The notes under the pieces: model-generated
Seen by the model: only the letters and a program-made list of their open reading frames with translations
Databases searched by the model: none
What the model was told of the DNA's origin: nothing
Assembly: GCA_050250895.1 (NCBI GenBank)
Contig: JBFWNU010000005.1
Coordinates: forward strand, 416,001 to 480,000
Reading direction: 5' to 3'
Source: Vulcanimicrobiota bacterium
GTDB taxonomy: Bacteria; Vulcanimicrobiota; Xenobia; Xenobiales; JADMJV01
Length of the DNA stretch: 64,000 nucleotides
Translations under genes and position numbers: made by a program
Shown here: piece by piece, positions 37,430 to 46,744 of the stretch
Position numbering within the stretch: the stretch's first letter is position 1
Layout: each line of letters opens with the position of its first letter

Positions 37430-38458
37430 CTAGAGCGGTTGGCCGTCGAGAAAGCGGTGGTAGTGCTCTTTGCAGCGCTTGGTGTCGGGATTGCCCGGGC
37501 CCAGACAGTCTTCGGCCAGTTTGACGGCTTGACGCAGCAGATCTTCGGCGGCATCGGGCTGGTTGCGACGAGCGTGGAGCTTGGCCAGGTTGTAGAGCAC
37601 ACACACCCGTCGGTGAGCCAGGCTCTCGCCGCGGGCCAGGGCCAGCGATTGGCGCAACCGGGCCTCGGCTTTGTGAAAGTCGCTCTCCATGAAGTGCAAC
37701 CCGGCCATGTTGTTGAGACAAACCACCAGGTCTTCGCCGCCCGGCTTGCTTTCGAGGATCTCGAGGGCGCCGTTGAACAGGGGGCCGCACTCGGCCAGGC
37801 GTCCCAGGCGAAGATAGAGTTGACCCAACTCGTTGAGGCTGCGGGCCAGTTCGGGGCTATTGGTTCCAAACACCCGAGCCGACTCGCGCGCAGCCACCAG
37901 CCACACCTCGGCTTCATCGAACCGCTGATCGTTATACTCCAGCACGCCCCGGTTGCGCAGCTTCCGCCACTCTTGTTCTTGCTCGGCGGTGACCTCGGTG
38001 GGAGCTTTGAGGTGGTCCATCCGCAGCCCCATGGCGTTGGCGATCTCGGCCAGATTTTCCAACTCGTTCTTCTGGTAGACGGCGCTACGACCGCGGTGGT
38101 CGAGATAGAGCACCCCCTGGGTGTGACCGGCTGCGTCGTTGATGGGCACGCACAAGATCGAACGCAGACCAGCCAGAATGACGCTGGTGCGGTCTTTGAT
38201 GGTGGGCTCTTGCATAGCGTCGACGACGCGCAGGGGCTTGCCCACGGCCATCACCTTGCGGACTGTCTCAAGCGACAGTTCTCCCGAGGTGAAAAAGCTC
38301 TCGAGCAAGATACCGTGACTGGCCCGAGGGGTAGGCAGGCCGTCCGGACGCGGGCCGTAGGCCACAAAGGCGCGTTCGCAAGAAAAGGCCTCAAGCATGG
38401 TTGCCAGGGTCAGCCGGTAGACCTCTTCCGGATTGGTCGCCCCCTTGATTTCGTGCAC
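37430..38458 (-). CDS. GAF plus TPR protein
   Basis: GLRSILCVPI...GVLYLDH GAF domain; LARSLNELG, CLNNMAG, LYNLAK, LGPGNPDT kinesin-light-chain-type TPRs. Confidence 0.88.
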   Translation of the reverse strand: MHEIKGATNPEEVYRLTLATMLEAFSCERAFVAYGPRPDGLPTPRASHGILLESFFTSGELSLETVRKVMAVGKPLRVVDAMQEPTIKDRTSVILAGLRSILCVPINDAAGHTQGVLYLDHRGRSAVYQKNELENLAEIANAMGLRMDHLKAPTEVTAEQEQEWRKLRNRGVLEYNDQRFDEAEVWLVAARESARVFGTNSPELARSLNELGQLYLRLGRLAECGPLFNGALEILESKPGGEDLVVCLNNMAGLHFMESDFHKAEARLRQSLALARGESLAHRRVCVLYNLAKLHARRNQPDAAEDLLRQAVKLAEDCLGPGNPDTKRCKEHYHRFLDGQPL

Positions 38459-38514
38459 CCCTTCTCATTTTATACCGGCGGCGCTCCAACCTCTCGAACA
38501 GGAAGAATGTCCCA

Positions 38515-39882
38515 ATGAAACTCACCCTGATCCACCCCTGTATCGGCCGGCGGGTCGGCCAGGACTATATCCGCACCTGGCAGATGGAGCCGCTGGCTCC
38601 GGCCGTGCTGGCCGGACTGACGCCGGATGACGTCGAGGTCGAGTTCTTCGACGACCGCATGGAGGTCATCGATTACGAGCGGCCTACCGATCTGGTGGCT
38701 CTTAGCGTCGAGACCTACACGGCCCGCCGCGCCTACCAGATCGCCTCGGCCTATCGCCGGCGCGGAGTGCCCGTGGTCATGGGTGGATTTCACCCCAGCC
38801 TGGTGCCGCAAGAGGCCGCTCTTTATGCCGATGCGGTGGTGGTGGGCGAAGCCGAATCGGTGTGGGCCCAGGTGTTGGCCGACCGGGGCCGGGGCCGCCT
38901 GCAGCCTCGCTATCAGGGCCAGGCGCGCCCCTCGCTCGCCGGGGTGCGGCCCGATCGCTCCGTCTTTGCCGGCAAGCGCTACCTGCCTCTGGGGTTGGTA
39001 GAGGCGGGACGAGGATGTCACTTTGCCTGCGAGTTTTGCGCCATTGCCAGCTATTTCAACAGCACCCAGACGCGCCGTCCGGTCGAAGACATCCTGGCCG
39101 AAATCCGAGCCGTCAACAAGCCTTTGATCTTCTTTGTCGACGACAACATCACGTCGAATATGAAGAAGGCCAAGGAGTTTTTTCGCGCTCTAATCCCTCT
39201 CAACATCCGCTGGGTCAGCCAGGCCAGCATCAACGCGGCCCACGACGAGGAGTTTCTCGAACTGATCAAGGCCAGTGGCTGCCAGGGGTTGCTGATCGGG
39301 TTCGAGAGCCTCAATCCGACCAATCTGCGCAAGATGAACAAGACCTTCAACACCATGAAAGGCGGTTTCGAGGCGGCCCTGGCCAACCTTCGTCGGCACG
39401 GCATCCGGCTCTATGTGACCTTTATCCTCGGCTATGACGATGATGACGAAAAGACAGTCAGGGACACCCTCGAGTTCGCCTTGCGCCACCGGTTCTATAT
39501 GGTGGCCTTCAATCACCTGACACCTTTTCCCGGCACGCCTCTGTATGCGCGGCTGGAGCGGGAAAAACGGTTGCTGTTCGACCGCTGGTGGCTCGACCCG
39601 GCCTACCGCTACGGTATGGTCCCGTTTCGAACCCGAGGTCTGTCGCCGGAGCGGATCCAAGAGATGTGCGTGGACTCGCGGCGCCAGTTCTACAGCCTGG
39701 GTTCGATGTTCAAGCGCAGCCTCGACTTTCAAGTCAATAGTAGCAACCTCTTCATGTGGAGCCAGTTTTTCTTCATCAACTGGCTGATGCGGCGCGAAGT
39801 GTCCGAGCGCGAGGCGTATCCGCTCGGCGACGAGGCGGTCAGCGAACCCTTGCTGGAGGTGAGTGGGCGCCTTGCGGTTTGA
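38515..39882 (+). CDS. B12-binding-domain radical SAM protein (copy 2)
   Basis: MGGFHPS, AGRGCHFACEFC, FVDDN, IGFES, TPFPGT. Confidence 0.94.
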   Translation: MKLTLIHPCIGRRVGQDYIRTWQMEPLAPAVLAGLTPDDVEVEFFDDRMEVIDYERPTDLVALSVETYTARRAYQIASAYRRRGVPVVMGGFHPSLVPQEAALYADAVVVGEAESVWAQVLADRGRGRLQPRYQGQARPSLAGVRPDRSVFAGKRYLPLGLVEAGRGCHFACEFCAIASYFNSTQTRRPVEDILAEIRAVNKPLIFFVDDNITSNMKKAKEFFRALIPLNIRWVSQASINAAHDEEFLELIKASGCQGLLIGFESLNPTNLRKMNKTFNTMKGGFEAALANLRRHGIRLYVTFILGYDDDDEKTVRDTLEFALRHRFYMVAFNHLTPFPGTPLYARLEREKRLLFDRWWLDPAYRYGMVPFRTRGLSPERIQEMCVDSRRQFYSLGSMFKRSLDFQVNSSNLFMWSQFFFINWLMRREVSEREAYPLGDEAVSEPLLEVSGRLAV

Positions 39883-40906
39883 CCTGGCCAGCCCCAACGA
39901 TGAGGCGCGTCTGCGCGAACTGGCCGCCTCGGTGGCGGTGCCGGGCTGGGTCCGTGTGAGCTATCGCCGCGAGCCAGACTTCTTCGCGGCCGGTGCGGTG
40001 TTGGGCGACCCCCACCAGGTGCTGGTGGCTCGCGACCCTCAGGGGCGGCCCGTGGGCTGTGCCAGTCGTTCAGTTCGCCCCCTGTGGATGGCCGGAGAAC
40101 CCCGAGCGGTCGGCTACCTCAGCGGGTTGCGCGTGTCACCCCAGCAGTCGGGCCGGGCCATCACGCCCCGCGGGTTTGCCTTTCTTCGCGAGCTTCATCA
40201 GGATGGTTTGTGCCAGAGCTATCTGACCACCATCATCGAAGACAATCAGCGGGCGCGACGCCTGCTAGAGAGTCGTCCGCGCCCCTCGATGCCGGCCTAT
40301 CGCGCGGTCGCCCGGCTACGCACTCGGGCTATCCCGTTGACCCGCCGGCGCCACCGCAGTCTGGGCTGGGCCCGGCCCGAGCACGAACAGCAGTTGCTGG
40401 CCTTCTTGCGGCGACAGGGTGCCAAACGCAACGGCTTTCCGGTGATCGAGCGACTGGGCCGTGGGATGCCCGAGGTCGGTGATTTCTGCCTGGCTTTCGA
40501 AGGGGCTCGGCTGGTGGGAGCGGCCGCCCTGTGGGATCAGCGGGCCTATAAGCAGACGGTGGTGGAAGGCTATGCCTCGAGTCTGGCCAGGCTGCGCCAT
40601 GTCGTCAACGGCCTGGCGGGCAATCGCCTGCTGCCGGCGGTCGGTGAGCAGCTGGCCATGGCCTGCCTGGCCTGTTGGCTGGCTCCTGATCGACAGGTCC
40701 TGGCCCAACTGGTAGAGACGGTGGCCGCCGAGGCCAGGCGAAGGGGGCTGGCGTACCTGATGGTCGCCGGCCTGGCCAGCGACCCCCTGAGTGGGGCTTT
40801 CGACCGATTCTACGGCTTTGACTACACCAGTCTGGTCTTCCGGGTGGACCTGGGCAAGGAGGTAGAGGATGAGCGGCTCGACTATCTCGAACTCGGCACG
40901 CTTTGA
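39863..40906 (+). CDS. GNAT-like protein (probable tandem GNAT fold)
   Basis: YRREPDFF, VGYLSGLRV..., TTIIEDN..A motifs; overlaps rSAM copy 2. Confidence 0.7.
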   Translation: MGALRFDLASPNDEARLRELAASVAVPGWVRVSYRREPDFFAAGAVLGDPHQVLVARDPQGRPVGCASRSVRPLWMAGEPRAVGYLSGLRVSPQQSGRAITPRGFAFLRELHQDGLCQSYLTTIIEDNQRARRLLESRPRPSMPAYRAVARLRTRAIPLTRRRHRSLGWARPEHEQQLLAFLRRQGAKRNGFPVIERLGRGMPEVGDFCLAFEGARLVGAAALWDQRAYKQTVVEGYASSLARLRHVVNGLAGNRLLPAVGEQLAMACLACWLAPDRQVLAQLVETVAAEARRRGLAYLMVAGLASDPLSGAFDRFYGFDYTSLVFRVDLGKEVEDERLDYLELGTL

Positions 40907-41555
40907 CATCGTGCCGGTGGACGGTCTCGACGAGGCCCGCAAGGCTCAGATGTGGCAGCTTTTCGCCGCTCACTTTCGAGCCTGCCGTCAGACCTTCGAG
41001 GTTGACCTGTCCGAGAAGCACTGGGTGCTGCTGCTCGAGAGCCAGGGGCGGATTCAGGGCTTCTCTACCATGATGCGGTTAAAATTCGAGGGCCGGTCGC
41101 TGCTCTTTTCTGGCGACACCATCGTGGCCCCGGCCGCGCGGGGCTCGGCCAACCTGGCCCAGGCGTGGGCTCGCCATGTGTTCGGACTGGTGGATGAGGA
41201 GGGACCGCTCTACTGGTTCTTGATTGCTTCGGGGTATCGAACCTACCGGTTTTTACCGTTGTTTTTCCAGGAGTTCTATCCTCGCTTCGACCGGCCCGTC
41301 CCGCCCGCGATCGGGTGCTTGCTAGACGGCGTGGCCAAGCAGAAGTTTGGGGAGCGCTATCAGAAGGGAGTGGTGGTGCCGGCCTGTCCCACTCCCTTGC
41401 AGCAGGTCGAAGTACCCCCTGGACGCCGCCGCGATCCCCACGTCGGCTTTTTTCTCGAGCGCAATCCGGGCCATCGTCTGGGCCACGAGCTGGCTTGTCT
41501 GGCCCTGGTCAGTCGCCCCAACCTGACCGCGGCCGGACGGCGGATGTTGTGGTGA
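40869..41555 (+). CDS. Conserved hypothetical protein, possible GNAT-like fold
   Basis: DLSEK, IQGFST, FSGDTIV.P..RG, WFLI.SGYRTYRFLP, RNPG...GHEL.CL. Confidence 0.65.
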   Translation: MSGSTISNSARFDIVPVDGLDEARKAQMWQLFAAHFRACRQTFEVDLSEKHWVLLLESQGRIQGFSTMMRLKFEGRSLLFSGDTIVAPAARGSANLAQAWARHVFGLVDEEGPLYWFLIASGYRTYRFLPLFFQEFYPRFDRPVPPAIGCLLDGVAKQKFGERYQKGVVVPACPTPLQQVEVPPGRRRDPHVGFFLERNPGHRLGHELACLALVSRPNLTAAGRRMLW

Positions 41556-42889
41556 AGGCCTGCTTGGCCAACAGTTTATGGTGGCTCAGCAGTGGACCTG
41601 AACGGGTGGCCTACGAGGCCGCCGCTCGGGACCCCGAGCGGGCCCAGCGGCGCCGCCTGGCGGAGTTGGTTGGCCTTAGCTATGAGCGCTTTGGCGATAC
41701 CTTTCCCCTGGTCGACTTCGAAGACCTCGAGCAAGCCGGCTGGCCCCACCTCGAGGACGTACTGCATTGGCAACCCACCGGGGGCAGTTCTGGAGCCACC
41801 CGCAAGATACCGTATACCCGAGCCCTCAAGGGCGAGTTTCAGCGGGCGGTGGCGGCCTGGATAGGAGACATGTTTTGGCGTCGACCCCGATGGTTGGCCG
41901 GCCGAGCCTACTGGGTCATCACCCCGCCAGTGACCCGCCCCGAGTTAGGTTCATTTGAGGATGACGCCAGCTGTCTGAGCCCGTTGGCCCGGTGGACCCT
42001 CGACTCGGTCCTGGTTCGCCCCGACTATCGGGCCGAATCCTACTGGGTGGACACCGCTCGGGCCCTGTTGGCGGCCCGCGATCTGCGGCTGGTGTCGCTT
42101 TGGAGTCCGACCTACTGGTTGGTGCTGGTCGATTGTATCCGCGCTCTCGGCCTTCGGCCAGCCGCCAGCCAGCCGGCGGAGTGGTGGCCCCGACTGGCGA
42201 CCATCAGCTGCTGGGCTGACGGTCCTTCGCGTGGCTATGCCCGTCAACTGGCCAGCCTCTTCCCGCAAGTCGAGATCGTGCCCAAAGGTTTGCTGGCCAC
42301 CGAAGGGGTGGTTACCATCCCAATCGCTGGTCGGCGTCCTCTGGCTTTGCGCAGCCACTTCTTCGAATTCGAGCGGCAGGGCCGGATCTATCCCGTCTGG
42401 CAACTCGAGCAGGGGCGAGAGTACGGTGTGCTGCTCACTACCGGTGGTGGTCTGCGTCGCTATCGGCTGGGGGATCGGGTGCGGGTCGACGGCTTCTATC
42501 GAGCCACTCCCAGCCTGGCCTTTCTTGGTCGCGATCAGGTGGCCGACCGCTGTGGCGAGAAGCTGCATTTTGGTCACGTCGCCCGGGCCCTCGAGTCGTT
42601 CGCGTTCGCCATGCTGGCCTTTGAAGACGGAGGCTACGTGCTCTTTTACGAGGGCCCCGAAGACGATCCGGTGGCTCGGGTGGAAGGCGAGTTGCTGGCC
42701 AATTTTCATTACCGCCACTGCCTGGACCTGGGCCAATTGCGGCCTTTGCGAGGCTTTGAGCTAACAGGCGGCGCCAGCCAGTACCTGCGGATTTGTCAGC
42801 GGTTGGGCCAGCGGCTGGGCGAGGTCAAGCCGATGCCCCTTCACCCCTACGAAATGTGGTCGACGGCTTTCGAAGGCAGGTGGGTGTAG
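41552..42889 (+). CDS. GH3 (acyl-acid amido synthetase) family protein
   Basis: TGGSSGATRKIPYT P-loop-like motif, GLLATEG, HFFEF, LTTGGGLRRYRLGD.V, FLGR, GEKL; GTGA-coupled start. Confidence 0.88.
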   Translation: MKACLANSLWWLSSGPERVAYEAAARDPERAQRRRLAELVGLSYERFGDTFPLVDFEDLEQAGWPHLEDVLHWQPTGGSSGATRKIPYTRALKGEFQRAVAAWIGDMFWRRPRWLAGRAYWVITPPVTRPELGSFEDDASCLSPLARWTLDSVLVRPDYRAESYWVDTARALLAARDLRLVSLWSPTYWLVLVDCIRALGLRPAASQPAEWWPRLATISCWADGPSRGYARQLASLFPQVEIVPKGLLATEGVVTIPIAGRRPLALRSHFFEFERQGRIYPVWQLEQGREYGVLLTTGGGLRRYRLGDRVRVDGFYRATPSLAFLGRDQVADRCGEKLHFGHVARALESFAFAMLAFEDGGYVLFYEGPEDDPVARVEGELLANFHYRHCLDLGQLRPLRGFELTGGASQYLRICQRLGQRLGEVKPMPLHPYEMWSTAFEGRWV

Positions 42890-43716
42890 TTTCGTTGGGT
42901 GCGCACCTCGGCCACTCGGGCCTGGTAGCGCACCGACTGGAAATGCTCCTCCGTGCTTTTTCCCAGCGGCAAAACCATCTCGCCCGGTCGCCAGCCGAAA
43001 GGCTCATCGCCCTGGCGAACGCGACCCTCGTCGAGAGCGCGCGAGGCCTCGGCCAGGCCAAGAGGCATGAGATCCCGTACCAGGGCTTCGAACTCGCCCT
43101 GGCGTTCGGCCTCGAAAAAGCGAAAGGCTCGGGAGTAGAGGAAGGCATTGTGAAAATACTCCGGCACGGCCACGAGGGCGTCGAGCTTCATTTCGCGCAC
43201 ATAGCGCAACATCAGGGCCGTCGCCTGACGAAAGACCCCTAACCCGGGACACTCCTGGCCGGGTAGGGGAGGGCGTGAAAAGCTGGCCATGGGGTCCTGC
43301 AAGCTGATCCAATCCCACACCAGAGCATTCAGCGAGTATTGGCGGAGGCTGTCGGGACAAGAGCCCTCCAGTTGGCCCCGGTGGGTGCGAATGTCCATCA
43401 GCATCTGAGGTTGCTCGGCCCGGGGGTGGACCCCCCACAGCAAGAACCGATCTTCGAAGTGGACATGGCTGGTGGCGTCCGGATAAAAGTCGGTGTAGCC
43501 CCGTTGGCGGATCGAGTCGAGGATGCCGCTCTCTTGCAGGTCTTCCATCACTCGTTCCGGATTAAAAGCGCCAAAAAGAAGAGGCGAACTCTCGTGGCGA
43601 ACCAGGGTGCTCAACAACTCGTCGTCGTTGAGCGACCAGTCGAGTTCAAGCTGGTTGAGCCGAACCGGTCTCAAGTGGCGGAACGTTTCGCGCAGGCGCG
43701 ACAATCCGACTTTCAC
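42847..43716 (-). CDS. Conserved hypothetical protein
   Basis: GGAGG RBS before GTG 43716; WISLQDP...PLPGQECPGLG and PEYFHNA motifs. Confidence 0.75.
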   Translation of the reverse strand: MKVGLSRLRETFRHLRPVRLNQLELDWSLNDDELLSTLVRHESSPLLFGAFNPERVMEDLQESGILDSIRQRGYTDFYPDATSHVHFEDRFLLWGVHPRAEQPQMLMDIRTHRGQLEGSCPDSLRQYSLNALVWDWISLQDPMASFSRPPLPGQECPGLGVFRQATALMLRYVREMKLDALVAVPEYFHNAFLYSRAFRFFEAERQGEFEALVRDLMPLGLAEASRALDEGRVRQGDEPFGWRPGEMVLPLGKSTEEHFQSVRYQARVAEVRTQRNYTHLPSKAVDHIS

Positions 43717-44396
43717 GGAATGGCCTCCCAGAAACAGCGGCGGATCTCTGAAGCCCCGCGCGGATTTGGCTCGATATCCATCTTGAACCAGCCGCTGGCG
43801 TCGCGGGCATCGTGATGCTGGTAATCCTCGTCGGCGTGGCGTATGCCGTGGCCTAGAAAGTGGCCATGCAGGTCGACCACATCGCGGTCGAATAGGCGTT
43901 TTAGCAAAGCGTTGGCTTGTTCGAGCAAGGCCGGGGCCGTGGGTACTTCGCGCCCGCTCTGGAACCGGCCGGTTCCATCGGTGGGATCGTAGATGTTGCC
44001 CCAACGGGTGACGCGCCTGGGATAGAGGCGGTCGAGGCGAGCTTTGAGGGCGAGCAGGTCGGTCTCGAGTTGGGAGAGACCCTGCTCGGCCGGGGTCTGC
44101 TCCATGACCCAGTGGAGCAGGTCGTTGCCTCCGACCGTGACGACCACCAGGCTCAAGACCCGCACTGGGGGTAGGCCCTCGAGTCGGGACAGGAGGTCCT
44201 TGACCCGCCAGCCGGTGCGGGCTACCACGTTCGAAGTGAGACCTTTGCGACGGGTGCGCAGGTCGCGGCCGCGAAAGTCAGGAAAACGCATGTCGTCATT
44301 GGTCAACAGGAGAGAGGCAGCCCCCAACCCGGGGCCGGGAAAGTCGTCGCTGAGGATGCTGTCCCCCAGGCCAGCGAAGTGGCCGAACTCCATCAT
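43713..44396 (-). CDS. SGNH/GDSL hydrolase family protein
   Basis: LGDS block I, TVGGNDL block III, NIYDPT; block V reads DIEPN. Confidence 0.82.
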   Translation of the reverse strand: MMEFGHFAGLGDSILSDDFPGPGLGAASLLLTNDDMRFPDFRGRDLRTRRKGLTSNVVARTGWRVKDLLSRLEGLPPVRVLSLVVVTVGGNDLLHWVMEQTPAEQGLSQLETDLLALKARLDRLYPRRVTRWGNIYDPTDGTGRFQSGREVPTAPALLEQANALLKRLFDRDVVDLHGHFLGHGIRHADEDYQHHDARDASGWFKMDIEPNPRGASEIRRCFWEAIP

Positions 44397-44478
44397 GGAA
44401 ACGCTTTTCTCTTTGTCTGGGCGGATTCCCCCAGGACTTTGGCGAAGGTCAGGCCCAATCGTTTCCGGAGGTGGCCCC

Positions 44479-44766
44479 ATGGCTGAGATGGACTCTTTTG
44501 AATGGATGCAGGCGGAGGGTTTCTTTGAGGACCCGGCCATTGCCAACGCCGTCAAACGCATGCGGCCCGACCTCAAAAAAGTCGAGGCGTTGCGCGACCG
44601 AGCCGAAGAGATGGGGCTCAAGCCGCACTCCAACCTCACGGTCGAGTTCTTCCTCGAGTCGATGGACACGTATGTCCAGTTTCTCATCTCTCACCGCTAT
44701 GTCATGAAAGCCTTGATGGAGCGGACCATTCGCGAAGAGAGCGGCATTGACCAGGAACAATCCTGA
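44479..44766 (+). CDS. Hypothetical protein, 95 aa
   Basis: GGAGG RBS, typical codon bias, overlaps the next gene. Confidence 0.72.
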   Translation: MAEMDSFEWMQAEGFFEDPAIANAVKRMRPDLKKVEALRDRAEEMGLKPHSNLTVEFFLESMDTYVQFLISHRYVMKALMERTIREESGIDQEQS

Positions 44767-46171
44767 CGCCATCGTGGTCGGCTCTGGCCCCAATGGGCTG
44801 GCGGCGGCCATCACTCTGGCCCGAGCCGGGCGTTCGGTGCGAGTCTATGAAGCCGCTTCCACCGTGGGTGGAGGCATGCGCAGTCAAGAACTGACGCTAC
44901 CGGGCTTCATCCATGATGTCTGCTCGGCTATCCACCCCTTCGGAGTGGCTTCTCCCTTTTTGCGCGGGTTGCCGCTGCAGGACTACGGACTGGAGTGGAT
45001 TCATCCCGAGGTGCCGGTGGCCCATCCTTTGCCCGACGGGCGCGCCGCCCTCATGCATCGCGACCTGGAGCAGACGGTGGGCGGGCTTGGAATGGATGGC
45101 CCGGCCTACCGACGCCTGATGGAGCCGGTGGTCCGGCTGTGGCCGCTGGCCGAGTCATCCTTGTTGGGGCCGGTGCTGCGCTTTCCCAGGCACCCCCTGG
45201 CGGTTACGGCCATCGGACTGCGGGCCCTGGTGCCGACGGCCTGGTTTGGTCGCTACTTTCGTGAACCGCTAGCCCCGGCTTTGATGGCTGGCCTGGCCGG
45301 TCATTCGTTGTTGCCCATGGAGGCGCTGGGCTCTTCGGCTGTGGCCATCGTGTTGGGTGGGTTGGCTCACCAGGTGGGTTGGCCCATGGCGGCCGGCGGC
45401 AGTCAGCAGATCGCCGAGGCGATGATGGGCTATCTCAAGGCTCTGGGTGGTGAGGTGGTGACCGACACTTCGGTGGAGAGTCTCGGGCAACTGGGCCAGG
45501 CCCGGGCTGTGCTTTTCGACACCGGTCCCCGGGCCGCCGCTCGACTACTAGAAGGTCACATCTCCAACTCGGTTCACCAATCGCTACTGCGGTTTCGCCT
45601 GGGTCCGGGGGCTTTCAAGGTCGACTATGCCCTGGACGGCCCCATCCCCTGGCGTGCCCCCGAGTGCGCCCGCGCTGGCACCGTGCACGTGGGTGGAACA
45701 CTCCAGGAGATCGCTCGCAGCGAGGCCCAGGTCGCCCGGGGCATAGAACCGGATCAGCCCTATTTGCTACTGGCTCAGCAGAGCTTGTTCGATCCTTCGC
45801 GGTCCCCCTCCGGAAAGCACACCTGCTGGGCCTACTGCCACGTTCCCCACGGCAGCCGGGTGGACATGGAAGACCGGATCACGGACCAGATAGAGCGCTT
45901 CGCCCCTGGCTTTCGTGACCGTATCCTGGCCAGCCACGCCACGGACCCCGCCAGCTTCGAGAGCTATAACGCCAACTATGTGGGCGGCGATGTGGTCGGC
46001 GGTTCGAACGCCATCTGGTCCATCGTGGCCCGACCTCGGCTTGCGTTAGACCCTTACTTCTTGGGTCAGCGCTACTTTCTGTGTTCGGCCTCGACGCCGC
46101 CTGGCGGTGGGGTTCATGGGATGTGTGGCTACCACGCCGCCCGTTCGGCCTTAGTTCGAGCGTTCGGCTAG
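44747..46171 (+). CDS. Phytoene dehydrogenase-related FAD-dependent oxidoreductase
   Basis: VGSGPNGLAAA, HDVCSAIHP, CSASTPPGGGVHGMCG. Confidence 0.92.
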   Translation: MTRNNPDAIVVGSGPNGLAAAITLARAGRSVRVYEAASTVGGGMRSQELTLPGFIHDVCSAIHPFGVASPFLRGLPLQDYGLEWIHPEVPVAHPLPDGRAALMHRDLEQTVGGLGMDGPAYRRLMEPVVRLWPLAESSLLGPVLRFPRHPLAVTAIGLRALVPTAWFGRYFREPLAPALMAGLAGHSLLPMEALGSSAVAIVLGGLAHQVGWPMAAGGSQQIAEAMMGYLKALGGEVVTDTSVESLGQLGQARAVLFDTGPRAAARLLEGHISNSVHQSLLRFRLGPGAFKVDYALDGPIPWRAPECARAGTVHVGGTLQEIARSEAQVARGIEPDQPYLLLAQQSLFDPSRSPSGKHTCWAYCHVPHGSRVDMEDRITDQIERFAPGFRDRILASHATDPASFESYNANYVGGDVVGGSNAIWSIVARPRLALDPYFLGQRYFLCSASTPPGGGVHGMCGYHAARSALVRAFG

Positions 46172-46248
46172 AAGGAATTCGGCTTGCGAGAACGTAGAGA
46201 CAGGTCCCCGACGAAGCGGGGATCCTACGTTTGAAAGGGTGGACATCC

Positions 46249-46536
46249 GTGACTAAGACTGAACTCGTAAAAGAACTCGCCGAGAGGACCGACCTCTCTC
46301 AGACCAAAGCTTCTGAAGTGGTAGACGCAATTTTCGACGCCACTGGCGGCATCATTGCCAGCCAGCTCGGTAAAGGCGAAAAAGTCGTGGTTCCCGGTTT
46401 CGGCTCGTTCTTGAGCCGTCACCGCAAAGCCCGCGAGGCCCGCAACCCCGCGACCGGCAAGAAAGTCAAAGTGAAGGCCAAGAACTATCCGGTTTTCAAG
46501 GCCGGTAAAACCCTCAAGGACAAAGTCGAAGGCTAA
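46249..46536 (+). CDS. hup: HU family DNA-binding protein
   Basis: (M)TKTELV, GFGSF, ARNPATG, PVFKAGK.LK; GTG start. Confidence 0.95.
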   Translation: MTKTELVKELAERTDLSQTKASEVVDAIFDATGGIIASQLGKGEKVVVPGFGSFLSRHRKAREARNPATGKKVKVKAKNYPVFKAGKTLKDKVEG

Positions 46537-46559
46537 TACTCTCGTCAGTTTGCGAGGGG

Positions 46560-46586
46560 GGGGCGCAGGGGTAGGCGCCCCTTTTT
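46560..46586 (+). terminator. Rho-independent terminator
   Basis: GGGGCGC...GCGCCCC followed by TTTTT after hup. Confidence 0.75.
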
Positions 46587-46744
46587 ATTCTCAAACCCCC
46601 ACTATCGGATGTCCCCGTTCCAAACCGTGCCAGGTCTCGCGACCTGGCCGCTTCATTTTGGCTGACCAACTGTTCAAAGCGTGGTTACATTCAGCCTGGG
46701 CGCTTGGCGTATTTTAAGCACGATTTCAGTCTCGGAGGAGTCCC

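Noticed and set aside
41315-41551. N-terminal extension of the GH3 ORF; similar over-long starts at 35973, 16016, 32714, 44004, 44044 and 44687
   Set aside because: The extensions overlap neighbouring genes and lack family motifs; downstream starts fit the family N-terminus and mostly have an RBS or stop/start coupling
44747-46171. Carotenoid gene crtI
   Set aside because: Motifs fit the broader phytoene-dehydrogenase-related family, and no crtB/crtE is nearby
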